A stretch of 56,311 bases of DNA from Oligoflexia bacterium (GTDB lineage Bacteria; Bdellovibrionota; Bacteriovoracia; Bacteriovoracales; Bacteriovoracaceae), in NCBI GenBank assembly GCA_015231325.1, contig JADGBS010000003.1, positions 1 to 56,311 of the forward strand, written 5' to 3'. A model generated the notes under the pieces. The model worked only from the letters and a program-made list of their open reading frames with translations. It was not told the origin of the DNA and ran no database searches. How positions within the stretch are numbered: position 1 is the first letter of the stretch; each line of letters starts with the position of its first letter. This document shows, piece by piece, positions 1 through 9,129 of the stretch. The translations under genes were made by a program, and so were the position numbers.

Positions 1-895
1 ACTCAGTGTACTCTTTAACCTTGACCTCTCGTTTTTCTAAGCGATCAATCTCGTCATAAATTTTCTCCAACTCATTGGTATCAGTAGCACGATAATATTT
101 TGCGGAAGTAATACTAGCTATATCTTTAAGCAAGGCCTCATCAATTTCTACATCAAAGTAAACGTATCTTTTCCCAAAAATGGTATCTTGCAAAAATGGC
201 GCTTTTCCTTTAGTTCCCACACCAATGGTATAAACCTTGATTCCGAAAACCTTCGCTAATTCAGCGGCCTTAATTGGATGTAGATCTCCCGCATTATTAC
301 CACCATCAGTTAACAAAATTATCACTTTAGATTTTGCTGGCAAATTTTTAATACGATTCACCGCTGTACCAATTGCCGAACCAATAGCAGTGGCATCACC
401 TGCCATCCCAATCTCTACTTTTTTCAAAAATTCTATCAATATTCCGTGATCGGAAGTAAGAGGACATTGAGTAAAGGCCTCTTCCGCAAAAACAACCAGT
501 CCCATACGATCCTCGGGACGCTTCTTGATAAAATCTCCCACTACTTTTTTCACCACTGTCATCCGGGTAACTGCTTCTCCCTCTAGACGAAAATCCAATG
601 CCCGCATGGAACCTGAAGTATCCAGCACCATCATGATATCCACGCCCTCAGATGTTATTTCAGAAAATTTTCTCCCAGTTTGTGGTCTGGCAAATGCCAA
701 TACCAACAGCACTAACGCCAATACACGTAAAACCAACAAAATTTTTCGTGGATGCCATTTAGGTAGCGCAGAAATTCCCTTTAGAAGACCTAAATTGGAA
801 AAACGGATTCTTCCTCCTCCCAAATGTTGAAAACGAATCACTGGAATAATCAAGAATAGCAATAACAAATATTCTGGGTTTGCAAATTTAATCAT
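1..895 (-). CDS. VWA-domain membrane protein, BatA-like (C-terminus runs off the left edge)
   Basis: Absent from the ORF track because it is truncated. My minus-strand translation from ATG 895-893 gives MIKFANPEYLLLLFLIIPVIRF...MMVLDTSGSMRALDF...ILLTDGGNNAG. That is N-terminal TM helices followed by a von Willebrand A domain with a MIDAS DxSxS motif (DTSGS). ATGA start/stop overlap with the upstream gene at 892-895. Confidence 0.8.
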   Translation of the reverse strand, partial: MIKFANPEYLLLLFLIIPVIRFQHLGGGRIRFSNLGLLKGISALPKWHPRKILLVLRVLALVLLVLAFARPQTGRKFSEITSEGVDIMMVLDTSGSMRALDFRLEGEAVTRMTVVKKVVGDFIKKRPEDRMGLVVFAEEAFTQCPLTSDHGILIEFLKKVEIGMAGDATAIGSAIGTAVNRIKNLPAKSKVIILLTDGGNNAGDLHPIKAAELAKVFGIKVYTIGVGTKGKAPFLQDTIFGKRYVYFDVEIDEALLKDIASITSAKYYRATDTNELEKIYDEIDRLEKREVKVKEYTE

Positions 896-2031
896 ATTAC
901 AGACTCCTCATCATCGTTACCAGCAGCGTTCCTAGCAGCGTTACCAGCATCATTTTTCGCGACAGCGGCCGTACCTGCCACTACTTCCGCCACTTGATCT
1001 TGAGGTCTACTTTTATCCACAAAAGCATATGCCTTTTCAAAGATACTTTCATCAGCATCTCCTACTGGTTTTAAGTCTGTGAATTTAACCAAATCACAAT
1101 TTTCAAGAAGTTCCAACAGTCTTTGCTTTAGACCATCATCTATTATACTTTTATTATTTAATTGCGATCTTATCTCCTCTAATGTCATATCAGTGGCAGC
1201 TAAGGAAAATTGTTCTTCTATGTAGGTTCGTAAAATAGACGACATCGTAAAATAGTACATTTTGGCCTCATACGATGACTGCTGCGATGAGCGTTGCAGT
1301 TCTCTTAAATCCTGGAATGCCTTTTGCCATGGAGAAATCAGAGGCAACGGGACAGCTTTTCTCTGCCGTTGTCGCCAGTATACAAAATAAAAAATTACTC
1401 CTGCAATTACAACTATTAATAAAACGATACCCACCCATTGTGCACCACCAAATTGCATTGGAATAATTTCAATATTTTTAATGTCGCGAATATCTTTCGC
1501 CTTTCCTTTATCGCCATCACCCTTATCCTTATCGTTGCTTCCCCCTTTCGCACTGGTCGTATTGGCGCCAACACCATCTTGCGCCTGAATTTCTATAAAG
1601 ATTTCTGCGGTTTTGACCACCTTTTTTTCAGCATTAGCACCATATCTAGATTCCAAAGCAGGGAGAATATAAGACCCGCTCAAATCCGCAACCAGTTTGT
1701 ACCATTTTTTATAAACAAGGGCACCTTCCTCCTCTTTTACAGGATCCTCACCAAAGTCAATAATCCGCAATCCGTTAACCTCACCTACGATCTCCGGCAT
1801 GGTCGCTTGTAATTTTTTATCAGTAATCAAAGTCACCGTTAGTACTACTTCCTCTCCGATTTTCGCCACCGCTTTGTTCACTTCCGCCTTGATCTTTGGC
1901 GCGAGCGCGGACGCGGGAGCAGAGGTTGTTGCAAGCAACGAAAGCGACAAACAGCAACTAAAACAGCAACTAAAAAAATAGCTCAAACAATAGCTCAAAA
2001 TAATTACCAGTGTATGCCTCATCTTTTCCAT
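892..2031 (-). CDS. BatD-like single-pass membrane protein of the MoxR/Bat operon
   Basis: 379-aa ORF with a signal-like N-terminus. A beta-rich ectodomain (KIGEEVVLTVTLITDKK...YKKWYKLVADLSGSYILP) is followed by one TM helix (WVGIVLLIVVIAGVIFYFVYW) and a helical tail. Translationally coupled to the VWA gene. Family assignment is by resemblance only. Confidence 0.55.
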   Translation of the reverse strand: MEKMRHTLVIILSYCLSYFFSCCFSCCLSLSLLATTSAPASALAPKIKAEVNKAVAKIGEEVVLTVTLITDKKLQATMPEIVGEVNGLRIIDFGEDPVKEEEGALVYKKWYKLVADLSGSYILPALESRYGANAEKKVVKTAEIFIEIQAQDGVGANTTSAKGGSNDKDKGDGDKGKAKDIRDIKNIEIIPMQFGGAQWVGIVLLIVVIAGVIFYFVYWRQRQRKAVPLPLISPWQKAFQDLRELQRSSQQSSYEAKMYYFTMSSILRTYIEEQFSLAATDMTLEEIRSQLNNKSIIDDGLKQRLLELLENCDLVKFTDLKPVGDADESIFEKAYAFVDKSRPQDQVAEVVAGTAAVAKNDAGNAARNAAGNDDEESVI

Positions 2032-2034
2032 TTT

Positions 2035-3375
2035 TTACTTTACCTTATCCAAGAAAAGTTTCACATCTGCGGTCTTCAAAGTTTCATCAATTAATTTTTG
2101 ATATAACTCCTGCTCTTTGTGATGGCGATAATCGGCCATAACTTTATCCTTAATTTGCTCATAGGAGTATTCCTTTCCGGCATTTTTCTTTCTAATTTTA
2201 AATATAAAGTAATCACCGCCAGCAAGAATCGGCGCAGTCACTTTTCCCTCGTCGCTCGCTAAAATTGCTCTTGTCAATTCTCCATCTTTGCTTGTGCCCA
2301 CTATAAAGGGACGATCTGCACTAATAGCTGACACATAGACCCCTCCCTTTGCTTTACTCTCCTCGTCCTGTGAATATTTTTTTGCTAGTGCTGCAAAATC
2401 TGCGCCTTTTTTATTGGCCTCTTTAAAAACTTGTTCACTGACATTTTTTTCTTTTACTCTGATGAATGAAACCAAAGCATTTTCGCTGCTGCTAAACATT
2501 GATTTATTGGCAGCAAAATAATTTTTCACATCGCTCTCATTTGCCACTACTTTATTTACCACCTCTTGATCTATAACGCTTTTAACTACCAACTCTCTGA
2601 GAATACGTTCCTGCATCTTACGAAATTTTGGCGCTTCATCAACTTTGAGACGGATCCCCTTTTGATATAACAAAAAATCAGAAACATATTTTTTAGCAAA
2701 ATTAACTTTTTCTTCCCCTTTTCCAAAAGAGTCACGAATTACCGCTGGAAGTTCATCTAACGCCTCATTAATCTCATGCAAATAAATATTTTTTTCTCCA
2801 ACTTTTGCAACGACCTCTCCACTTCCACTTCCGCCACCACTGTTACTTTCGCCCATACCCAAAGAGGTTGATTGTTGCAAAGCATACTTAACCTCAGAAA
2901 ATTTTTTAAGTTTTTCGAGCAACGATACTATCTGCCTCTTAGCATCATTTTTATAGACGGTAGAATGATCAAAAATCTCTACCAAATAATACCATCCCAG
3001 TGCCCGCTCATATTCCATGGTTTTTTCGTAGAGCTCAGCGATAGTATAACAAAGTTTAGCTTTACTGGAGTCATCCAACTCCCTTCCCACTCTCCTGAAA
3101 AATTCTTCATAGTAGCTAATCGCCTCGGATAACATTCCTACAGTTTGCAACTTATTGCCATTTTCTCGTAAGAATGACAACTCGTTTACCCGCGCATCAT
3201 CCCCTCGTTTTGAGTAATAAACTAACAAACCCAATAACAATCCAACTCCCAGCTGAGTGCCGATTATCAACCACATCCGCTTATCAAATATTTTCCTTAC
3301 TACTCTGGGATTATTGCTGCCACCCATCCCTGTATTCTCTGTATTCATGGTATTCATACGTGCTCTTATGTTCAT
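2035..3375 (-). CDS. Membrane-anchored TPR-like / parvulin-type peptidyl-prolyl isomerase
   Basis: 446 aa with an N-terminal TM helix (WLIIGTQLGVGLLLGLLVYY) and a helical TPR-like segment. The C-terminus carries a PpiC/SurA-type signature (GADFAALAKKYSQDEESKAKGGVYV...GDYFIFKI). Confidence 0.6.
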   Translation of the reverse strand: MNIRARMNTMNTENTGMGGSNNPRVVRKIFDKRMWLIIGTQLGVGLLLGLLVYYSKRGDDARVNELSFLRENGNKLQTVGMLSEAISYYEEFFRRVGRELDDSSKAKLCYTIAELYEKTMEYERALGWYYLVEIFDHSTVYKNDAKRQIVSLLEKLKKFSEVKYALQQSTSLGMGESNSGGGSGSGEVVAKVGEKNIYLHEINEALDELPAVIRDSFGKGEEKVNFAKKYVSDFLLYQKGIRLKVDEAPKFRKMQERILRELVVKSVIDQEVVNKVVANESDVKNYFAANKSMFSSSENALVSFIRVKEKNVSEQVFKEANKKGADFAALAKKYSQDEESKAKGGVYVSAISADRPFIVGTSKDGELTRAILASDEGKVTAPILAGGDYFIFKIRKKNAGKEYSYEQIKDKVMADYRHHKEQELYQKLIDETLKTADVKLFLDKVK

Positions 3376-3378
3376 TAT

Positions 3379-4296
3379 TTATCCTCTAGCTTTACGACGC
3401 TCTCTACTTCTAAAAAATTGAATAATTGGATTGATATATGACTCGCCTGTGTTAATTTGTATAAGATCTATCCCGTTAGAACGAAAAAAATCTCGCTGCT
3501 GTTTTTGATTTTTATGCGCACGATTTTTAAAGTCATGTAAAAATCTATTATTTCCGGTGTCTAATAGAATAAATTCCCCTGTTTCTGCGTCCTCCAATTC
3601 TATGTACCCAACGTTAGGAAGTTCCATCTCTTTAGGGTCGGTAACTGCAATAGCAATCAAATCGTGTCGATGTCCGCTCACCTTCAGCTGTTGATCAAAA
3701 CCTTCACCTTGAAAATCGGAGATTAAAAAAGTAATCGCTTTCCTGCGCAACACTCGATTTAAAAATTTCAAAGGAACATTAAGATCAGTCTGCTTCGTTG
3801 CAGTGTGATAAGGGTACGTCAAAATATCGCGGATAACCGTCCACACATGCCCTCTTCCCTTCTTAGGTGGCAAGTAGTGTTCTACCCGATCGGAGAAAAC
3901 GATCAAACCTACCTTGTCGTTATTCCTCAACGCCATATAAGCGAGCAGGGCAGCAATCTCGGCCGAAATCTCGTTTTTAAATTTTGCGACAGTTCCAAAA
4001 TTAGATGAAGCAGAGATATCCACCACAAACATCACCGTCAACTCACGTTCATCACGAAAGAGTTTTACGTAGGGGTGGCCCATCCTGGCAGTAACGTTCC
4101 AATCAATGCTTCTGACATCGTCCCCCAATATATATTCTCTAATTTCATCAAATTCCATTCCTCTACCACGGAATGTACTTTGATATTCACCTGCAAGGGA
4201 ATCGCTTACCAAGTGCCTCGCACGAAACTGAATTCCCTTAATTTTATTGATCAATTCTTTATCTAAAACTGAACCGACCGATACTGAGCTAACCAT
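3379..4296 (-). CDS. DUF58-family protein (MoxR partner)
   Basis: Motifs GEYQSTFRGRGMEFDEIREYILGDDVRSIDWNVTAR and VVDISASSNFG are typical of DUF58. I prefer ATG at 4296 (MVSSVS) because GGAGGA lies 7 nt upstream. The track start at 4344 would overlap moxR by 23 nt. Confidence 0.8.
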   Translation of the reverse strand: MVSSVSVGSVLDKELINKIKGIQFRARHLVSDSLAGEYQSTFRGRGMEFDEIREYILGDDVRSIDWNVTARMGHPYVKLFRDERELTVMFVVDISASSNFGTVAKFKNEISAEIAALLAYMALRNNDKVGLIVFSDRVEHYLPPKKGRGHVWTVIRDILTYPYHTATKQTDLNVPLKFLNRVLRRKAITFLISDFQGEGFDQQLKVSGHRHDLIAIAVTDPKEMELPNVGYIELEDAETGEFILLDTGNNRFLHDFKNRAHKNQKQQRDFFRSNGIDLIQINTGESYINPIIQFFRSRERRKARG

Positions 4297-4321
4297 ACTA
4301 AATCCTCCAAATGACCTGTCA

Positions 4322-5314
4322 TTAAGGAACATCGACACGGTCAAAGATTTTTTTCAACAAGTCATCCGAATTCAAATCTTGGGCCTCTGCTTCATAAGAA
4401 ACAATAACGCGATGCCTAAAAACGTCGTAAGCGATAGATTTAATATCTTGAGGAGTAACGTAACCGCGACCGTGCAAAAATGCATAAACTTTGGAGGCCT
4501 TCACTAAATTGATCGAAGCACGAGGAGAAGCACCATATTCAATTAAAGTTCTTAACTCTTTTAATCCGTAGTGTTCTGGATTCCTTGTAGCAAAAACAAG
4601 ATCGGTAACATAGCCATATAATTTTTCATCGACAAAAATTTGATCGATGACATTTCTCAACTCCATAATTCGTTCAGGAGTCAGTACTTTTTTGATCTCA
4701 ACTTTTCCTGCTTCGCTCGACATTTTGCGAGTGATCTGAATCTCTTCCTCTTTACTGGGATACGATATCTTTACTTTAAGCATAAAACGATCGACTTGCG
4801 CTTCTGGCAATGGGTAGGTCCCTTCCTGCTCAATTGGATTTTGAGTGGCCATCACTAAAAATGGCGCTGGTAAAATAAATGTCTGGTCACCAATGGTTAC
4901 CTGTTTTTCTTGCATCGCTTCTAACAATGCGCTCTGCACTTTTGCAGGAGCTCGGTTAATCTCGTCTGCCAAAATAATATTCGCAAATAGCGGACCGCGC
5001 TTAACACTAAAGCTGCCATCACGAGGAGAATATATTTGAGTTCCCACTAAATCTGCGGGTAATAGGTCTGGCGTAAACTGGATTCGACTGAAATTCGCAT
5101 CAACTGCTTCTGCCAACGCCTTCACGGCAGTGGTCTTGGCCAACCCTGGAACACCTTCCACCAAAATATGACCATCACCTAAAATTCCTATTAGCAGTCG
5201 TTCTACCATTGTTCTTTGTCCAACTACCTTCTTACCGATTTCATCCAAAACCTGGGCAATAATTGGATACTCTTTATTCACCTTTTCTGTTACTTGCTGT
5301 ACACTCAAGCTCAT
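4322..5314 (-). CDS. MoxR-family AAA+ ATPase
   Basis: 330 aa with Walker A GVPGLAKT, Walker B IILADEINRA and the PEAQVDRF motif. Classic MoxR length, and sits next to DUF58 and VWA genes. Confidence 0.9.
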   Translation of the reverse strand: MSLSVQQVTEKVNKEYPIIAQVLDEIGKKVVGQRTMVERLLIGILGDGHILVEGVPGLAKTTAVKALAEAVDANFSRIQFTPDLLPADLVGTQIYSPRDGSFSVKRGPLFANIILADEINRAPAKVQSALLEAMQEKQVTIGDQTFILPAPFLVMATQNPIEQEGTYPLPEAQVDRFMLKVKISYPSKEEEIQITRKMSSEAGKVEIKKVLTPERIMELRNVIDQIFVDEKLYGYVTDLVFATRNPEHYGLKELRTLIEYGASPRASINLVKASKVYAFLHGRGYVTPQDIKSIAYDVFRHRVIVSYEAEAQDLNSDDLLKKIFDRVDVP

Positions 5315-5338
5315 CTAAATAACCTCCTGAAATATTTC

Positions 5339-5362
5339 CGTTTAATTATTCGTTTAATTATC
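5339..5362. repeat. 12-nt tandem duplication (cgtttaattatt / cgtttaattatc) spanning the stop codon of the 5354-6937 gene
   Basis: Read directly from the sequence; two adjacent copies with one mismatch. Confidence 0.9.
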
Positions 5363-6937
5363 TGAATTGTTCAAAAATCTCTCTATTTCACGTCGATAAA
5401 AACTCAATTCTTCCTCTTTCAAACATTCTCCTCCATAACGGATACGCTCTATCGACCGCTCCAACTCACGCTTACGCTCATCATCGATCGCAAATTCACC
5501 AAATTTTTTTACCCTTGATTCCATGCCTACGTAAAATTCCAGCAAAGAAATCTCGTAACTTTTACGATCACTCTTGGTGCGCTTGTTCGCCACATCCTCA
5601 TAATAAATTTGTTTTAGTTCTTCGACTGCAACTTTTCTTTCTCGCTCCTGAGGGGAGAGAAAATCTTCTCCTAGTCGCTTTCCCCTTTCATGGCGGTAAA
5701 ATTTATACCACCAATAAAAACTCGCCATTAAGATCAGAAGGACTAGACCACCCAACAATATCCACCACCCACGACCAGTGTCTGACCCAACAACCACTGC
5801 AACACTAATACTGTCAGAACGAGAGTAAAGCGGATGCTTCTCTAGTGCCTGCTCCCCAAAAGACCTTGCCTGATAAGCAACCTCGCAAGGGCCCAAAATA
5901 ACGCTGTCCGTGTTCGTAGCCGTTGTGCCTATTGTACCCGTACCAGATTTCAGCTTCCCTTTATCAAAGCGTACCTTGAAATCATACAATAAGATTGAGG
6001 TATTATCACCCTCGCTGTAAGAATTGGAGGAAACGTTCTCTTGCACAAATCCCTCCGGAAGAGTCAGTCGTGGCACCCTCATAATGTAGCGATCCAACGC
6101 CCCCTTCCACTTTACTTGTAATTGCACCGTGACTACATCACCATCCAACAATGACGATTCCGGCCCACCAACCCCTTTCCCCTTACTGAGGGGCAACATC
6201 TTTATTTCCGGCGGAATCAAATCTTTAGGAATGAACTCGCTTGCATCGCTGGTCGGTGCAGTGGCAGCAGCGGCTGAAGCAGCTGCTGCTGAAGCGGCGA
6301 CGGCTGCCGGAAGCTCCGTTCCTGCCTGCTTAAATGCCAACAGGCGCGTTACCCCGCTAATGACCTCTGGAGTATCCCAGTTGTTAGCACCGCGAAAAAT
6401 TCCGACCAATCGCCAGTCAGGAGAAATCAAGTAAATACTCGGCACGGCGCTAGACTGATAAACCTTACTCACCTCAGAATTGACATCGTGAAAATTCGGG
6501 AAAGTAATCCTCTTTTCGCGAAGAAAACGCTGAATTCCTGGACGAGCTTGATCTCCTTGATCAACGGTAACTCCCACTACCGAAAAATTTTTGTCTTTCT
6601 GCTCTTGATATAAACTCTCCAGCGATGGCATCTCTTGCACGCATGGACCACACCACGTCGCCCAGAAGACGACCCACAACCATCGTCCCTTGTAATCACT
6701 GAGCTTACCTACCTTACTACCATTTCCGGCCCCGTTCAAAACCATCGGCAACTCAAAATCGCTGGCCGGCACATTCAAGATATTGAAACCCATTTCTTGT
6801 AAAAGACCAAACAACTGTGATGGCTGCGACGGGTTTGAGATAGGGGTCTGAGCAGTGGCCGCCGTGATCGTAATAAGGGCAAGAACACCAACCAGTGTTT
6901 CAGCGAAAAAATTCACCACTTTTTTAATAATAAACAT
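5354..6937 (-). CDS. Exported TlpA/ResA-type thioredoxin fused to a BatD-like region, TM helix and charged tail
   Basis: 527 aa with a signal peptide and a redoxin fold containing WCGPC (VVFWATWCGPCVQEMPSL). An Ala-rich linker leads to a beta-rich region (VVTVQLQVKWKG...ILLYDFKVRF), a TM helix (WWILLGGLVLLILMASFYWWY) and a helical tail. Confidence 0.65.
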   Translation of the reverse strand: MFIIKKVVNFFAETLVGVLALITITAATAQTPISNPSQPSQLFGLLQEMGFNILNVPASDFELPMVLNGAGNGSKVGKLSDYKGRWLWVVFWATWCGPCVQEMPSLESLYQEQKDKNFSVVGVTVDQGDQARPGIQRFLREKRITFPNFHDVNSEVSKVYQSSAVPSIYLISPDWRLVGIFRGANNWDTPEVISGVTRLLAFKQAGTELPAAVAASAAAASAAAATAPTSDASEFIPKDLIPPEIKMLPLSKGKGVGGPESSLLDGDVVTVQLQVKWKGALDRYIMRVPRLTLPEGFVQENVSSNSYSEGDNTSILLYDFKVRFDKGKLKSGTGTIGTTATNTDSVILGPCEVAYQARSFGEQALEKHPLYSRSDSISVAVVVGSDTGRGWWILLGGLVLLILMASFYWWYKFYRHERGKRLGEDFLSPQERERKVAVEELKQIYYEDVANKRTKSDRKSYEISLLEFYVGMESRVKKFGEFAIDDERKRELERSIERIRYGGECLKEEELSFYRREIERFLNNSDN

Positions 6938-7282
6938 TTCGAGGTATCTCCAAAATATTGTAGACGTAAATCCGTGAAAAAAACTCGGATAATAGAAAAA
7001 CCCCTCTTTATGGATTTAATTCTAAATTTAAAGATGTCAAGGTTGAATTATAGAATAACCAGATCAGTTCAGCAATTTTCGCTCAACTTCGCTTTTATTA
7101 CGGCCTTCTTCGGCAATTGCAAAGAAGAAAATATTTTAAGAGATTTTGAACTGCAATAAAAATTTCTTAACATTTATAACTTTGATTTATACTTTACAAT
7201 TCACGTGGCCGTACACGATGGCCATACACGGTATTGAGACTTAATATTATACTGTTCGAAATCGTAACGACGATGGAAACTT

Positions 7283-8158
7283 ATGAAAATTATGAAACTT
7301 ATGAAACTTGAGAGAATAGCAATGGCCTTCTTTTGTGGAGTAAGTTTGTCCACAATAACCATAAAAACGGAGGCAGCAGCACAAAGGCTGCACAATAAAA
7401 CACCACAACGACTAGTGTTGCCAGCTGTTAATTCGACAGTAAGCGCTGCTACAGTCAAAGATTTGGAACTAATTTCTGACATATTAAGACGACCTCCGTT
7501 AAATAAAGCTATGATTGAACAATTATTAGAACACGGAGATGTAGAAGTAGATAAACTTGTTGCTCTACACGTTTTGACTAATCCGGATTCATACAATCAT
7601 CCACAATGGGTGGAAACTTTACTTAGAAGAAATTCGCCAGAAATTGATTATACGCTTGCATGGTTGGTGTTGACCAATCCTCAATGGCAAAAATGGCCAC
7701 AATGGATAGATGTCTTACTTGAAAGAAGAAATCCAGCAACAGATTACGCGCTTGCTTGGTGGACACTTAGTCAGGTCCATTGGGCCGAGCACCCTGAGTG
7801 GGTAGAAATACTGGTCAGAAGGCAAAGTGACCAACTAGATGTCGTAATAGAAAGAATGCTATTGCCGCAACCATTTTGGGAAAAAAACTCCTATTTACAG
7901 GTCCTTGCAGGAAAACAATTACATGAATATACACCCATTACTGTAATTGATCTGCGCGCAGGGATCACACGCGTTGACAACAAATTAAGGTTGTTCATGG
8001 ACGACAAACGAAGACTGGGAAATACTGCCGCCCGAAAAAAAATGATGTATGACCCGGATGCCAGCATCATTTTTTCGAAGGCCGCAGCATACTCAGCACG
8101 CTCTAGTGATCGAAAACGAACGCCAGTCTTATCAGAAGTTGATACTTTTGATTTTTAA
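7283..8158 (+). CDS. Secreted helical-repeat protein (three to four ~33-aa W-rich repeats), unknown function
   Basis: Signal-like N-terminus (MAFFCGVSLSTITIKTEAAAQ). Repeats: HPQWVETLLRRNSPEIDYTLAWLVLTNPQWQKW / PQWIDVLLERRNPATDYALAWWTLSQVHWAEH / PEWVEILVRRQSDQLDVVIERMLLPQPFWEKN. The start is ambiguous (ATGs at 7283, 7292, 7301, 7322) because of an atgaaactt duplication. Confidence 0.6.
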   Translation: MKIMKLMKLERIAMAFFCGVSLSTITIKTEAAAQRLHNKTPQRLVLPAVNSTVSAATVKDLELISDILRRPPLNKAMIEQLLEHGDVEVDKLVALHVLTNPDSYNHPQWVETLLRRNSPEIDYTLAWLVLTNPQWQKWPQWIDVLLERRNPATDYALAWWTLSQVHWAEHPEWVEILVRRQSDQLDVVIERMLLPQPFWEKNSYLQVLAGKQLHEYTPITVIDLRAGITRVDNKLRLFMDDKRRLGNTAARKKMMYDPDASIIFSKAAAYSARSSDRKRTPVLSEVDTFDF

Positions 8159-9102
8159 AACAGTTTATATCCCTTATATTCCCCCATGCGAATGCCAGTC
8201 ATTTTCTCAAACAAATCGGAAACTGCCAATCCAATGTTTTTCCACTCAAACTTAATCCTTAATTTCAAAATATCTACTGGATTATAATGCTTGCTAATCC
8301 AATCACTCATTATTTGAGGATGAGTATCCCTAAAAGGGTACAGACCCCAAATTCTTCGATACTCGAATGGACTGATCTTCTCATTACCATTGCTATCGTT
8401 GCTATCATTGTGATAAAGGCCATCCATTAGGGAAATTTTTTTCTTCATAATCATCTGCTCTCGGGCCCAACCGTAATGAAAAATGCGTGCAGCAATTAAC
8501 CTAGAATGGATTTTACTATTGTTACTTTTTCTAAATCCCTGCGCATCCAACCAACTTTTAATTCCCATATAATTACGAATGGTTCTTACTTCTCTTCTAT
8601 AGGTATTTCGGGTATGTTTAACAATATCCACATTGCCATAAAAATGCAAAAAGTTAAAAACCAGTCCCTCGATATTTGTCTCTTTTTCCATACAGTTTAT
8701 CCCCTCTTCGATCAATGACAAGTCATTTTCGTGAATCACTTCGTCTGCTTGGATATATTGACAATACTTTCCCTTGCACTCCCTCAAAGCAATATTGGTT
8801 TGTTCTGAAAGAATCAGACCGCTTCCCTTTTTGATGCTCCGAGGATCCCAGTAGGATCTAATAATACGTATCTTTTTATTTTTTGTATAAAAGTGATCAC
8901 GCAACAGTTGATAAGTTCCGTCATCATTTTTTAGACCTGGATCATCAAAACCAACGTTGACGATAATCTCATCACAAAGCGGTACTATGCTATTGATGCT
9001 CTCTACTACTGGATATCCCAAGGTAATCCCATTTTTTATAAAGGTAAAACCAGAGATAATGATATTTTTTCTTACATTTTTTACATATTTATTTATTATC
9101 AT
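8155..9102 (-). CDS. Putative GT-A (family 2-like) glycosyltransferase
   Basis: 315 aa. The N-terminal IIISGFTFIKNGITLGYPVVESINSIVPLCDEIIVNVG and the acidic QADEVIHE motif resemble a GT2-like subgroup. Divergently paired with the GT9 gene. Confidence 0.5.
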   Translation of the reverse strand: MIINKYVKNVRKNIIISGFTFIKNGITLGYPVVESINSIVPLCDEIIVNVGFDDPGLKNDDGTYQLLRDHFYTKNKKIRIIRSYWDPRSIKKGSGLILSEQTNIALRECKGKYCQYIQADEVIHENDLSLIEEGINCMEKETNIEGLVFNFLHFYGNVDIVKHTRNTYRREVRTIRNYMGIKSWLDAQGFRKSNNSKIHSRLIAARIFHYGWAREQMIMKKKISLMDGLYHNDSNDSNGNEKISPFEYRRIWGLYPFRDTHPQIMSDWISKHYNPVDILKLRIKFEWKNIGLAVSDLFEKMTGIRMGEYKGYKLF

Positions 9103-9129
9103 AACTAATATAAGTATAATGGATTCGAA

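Noticed and set aside
7201-7596. Antisense or shadow ORFs in the six-frame track, for example 7201-7596(-), 30528-31013(-), 40172-40567(+), 43536-43850(+), 49445-49846(+) and 29200-29424(+)
   Set aside because: They lie opposite or out of frame to strongly supported genes, have low-complexity or odd composition, and lack RBSs and recognisable motifs.
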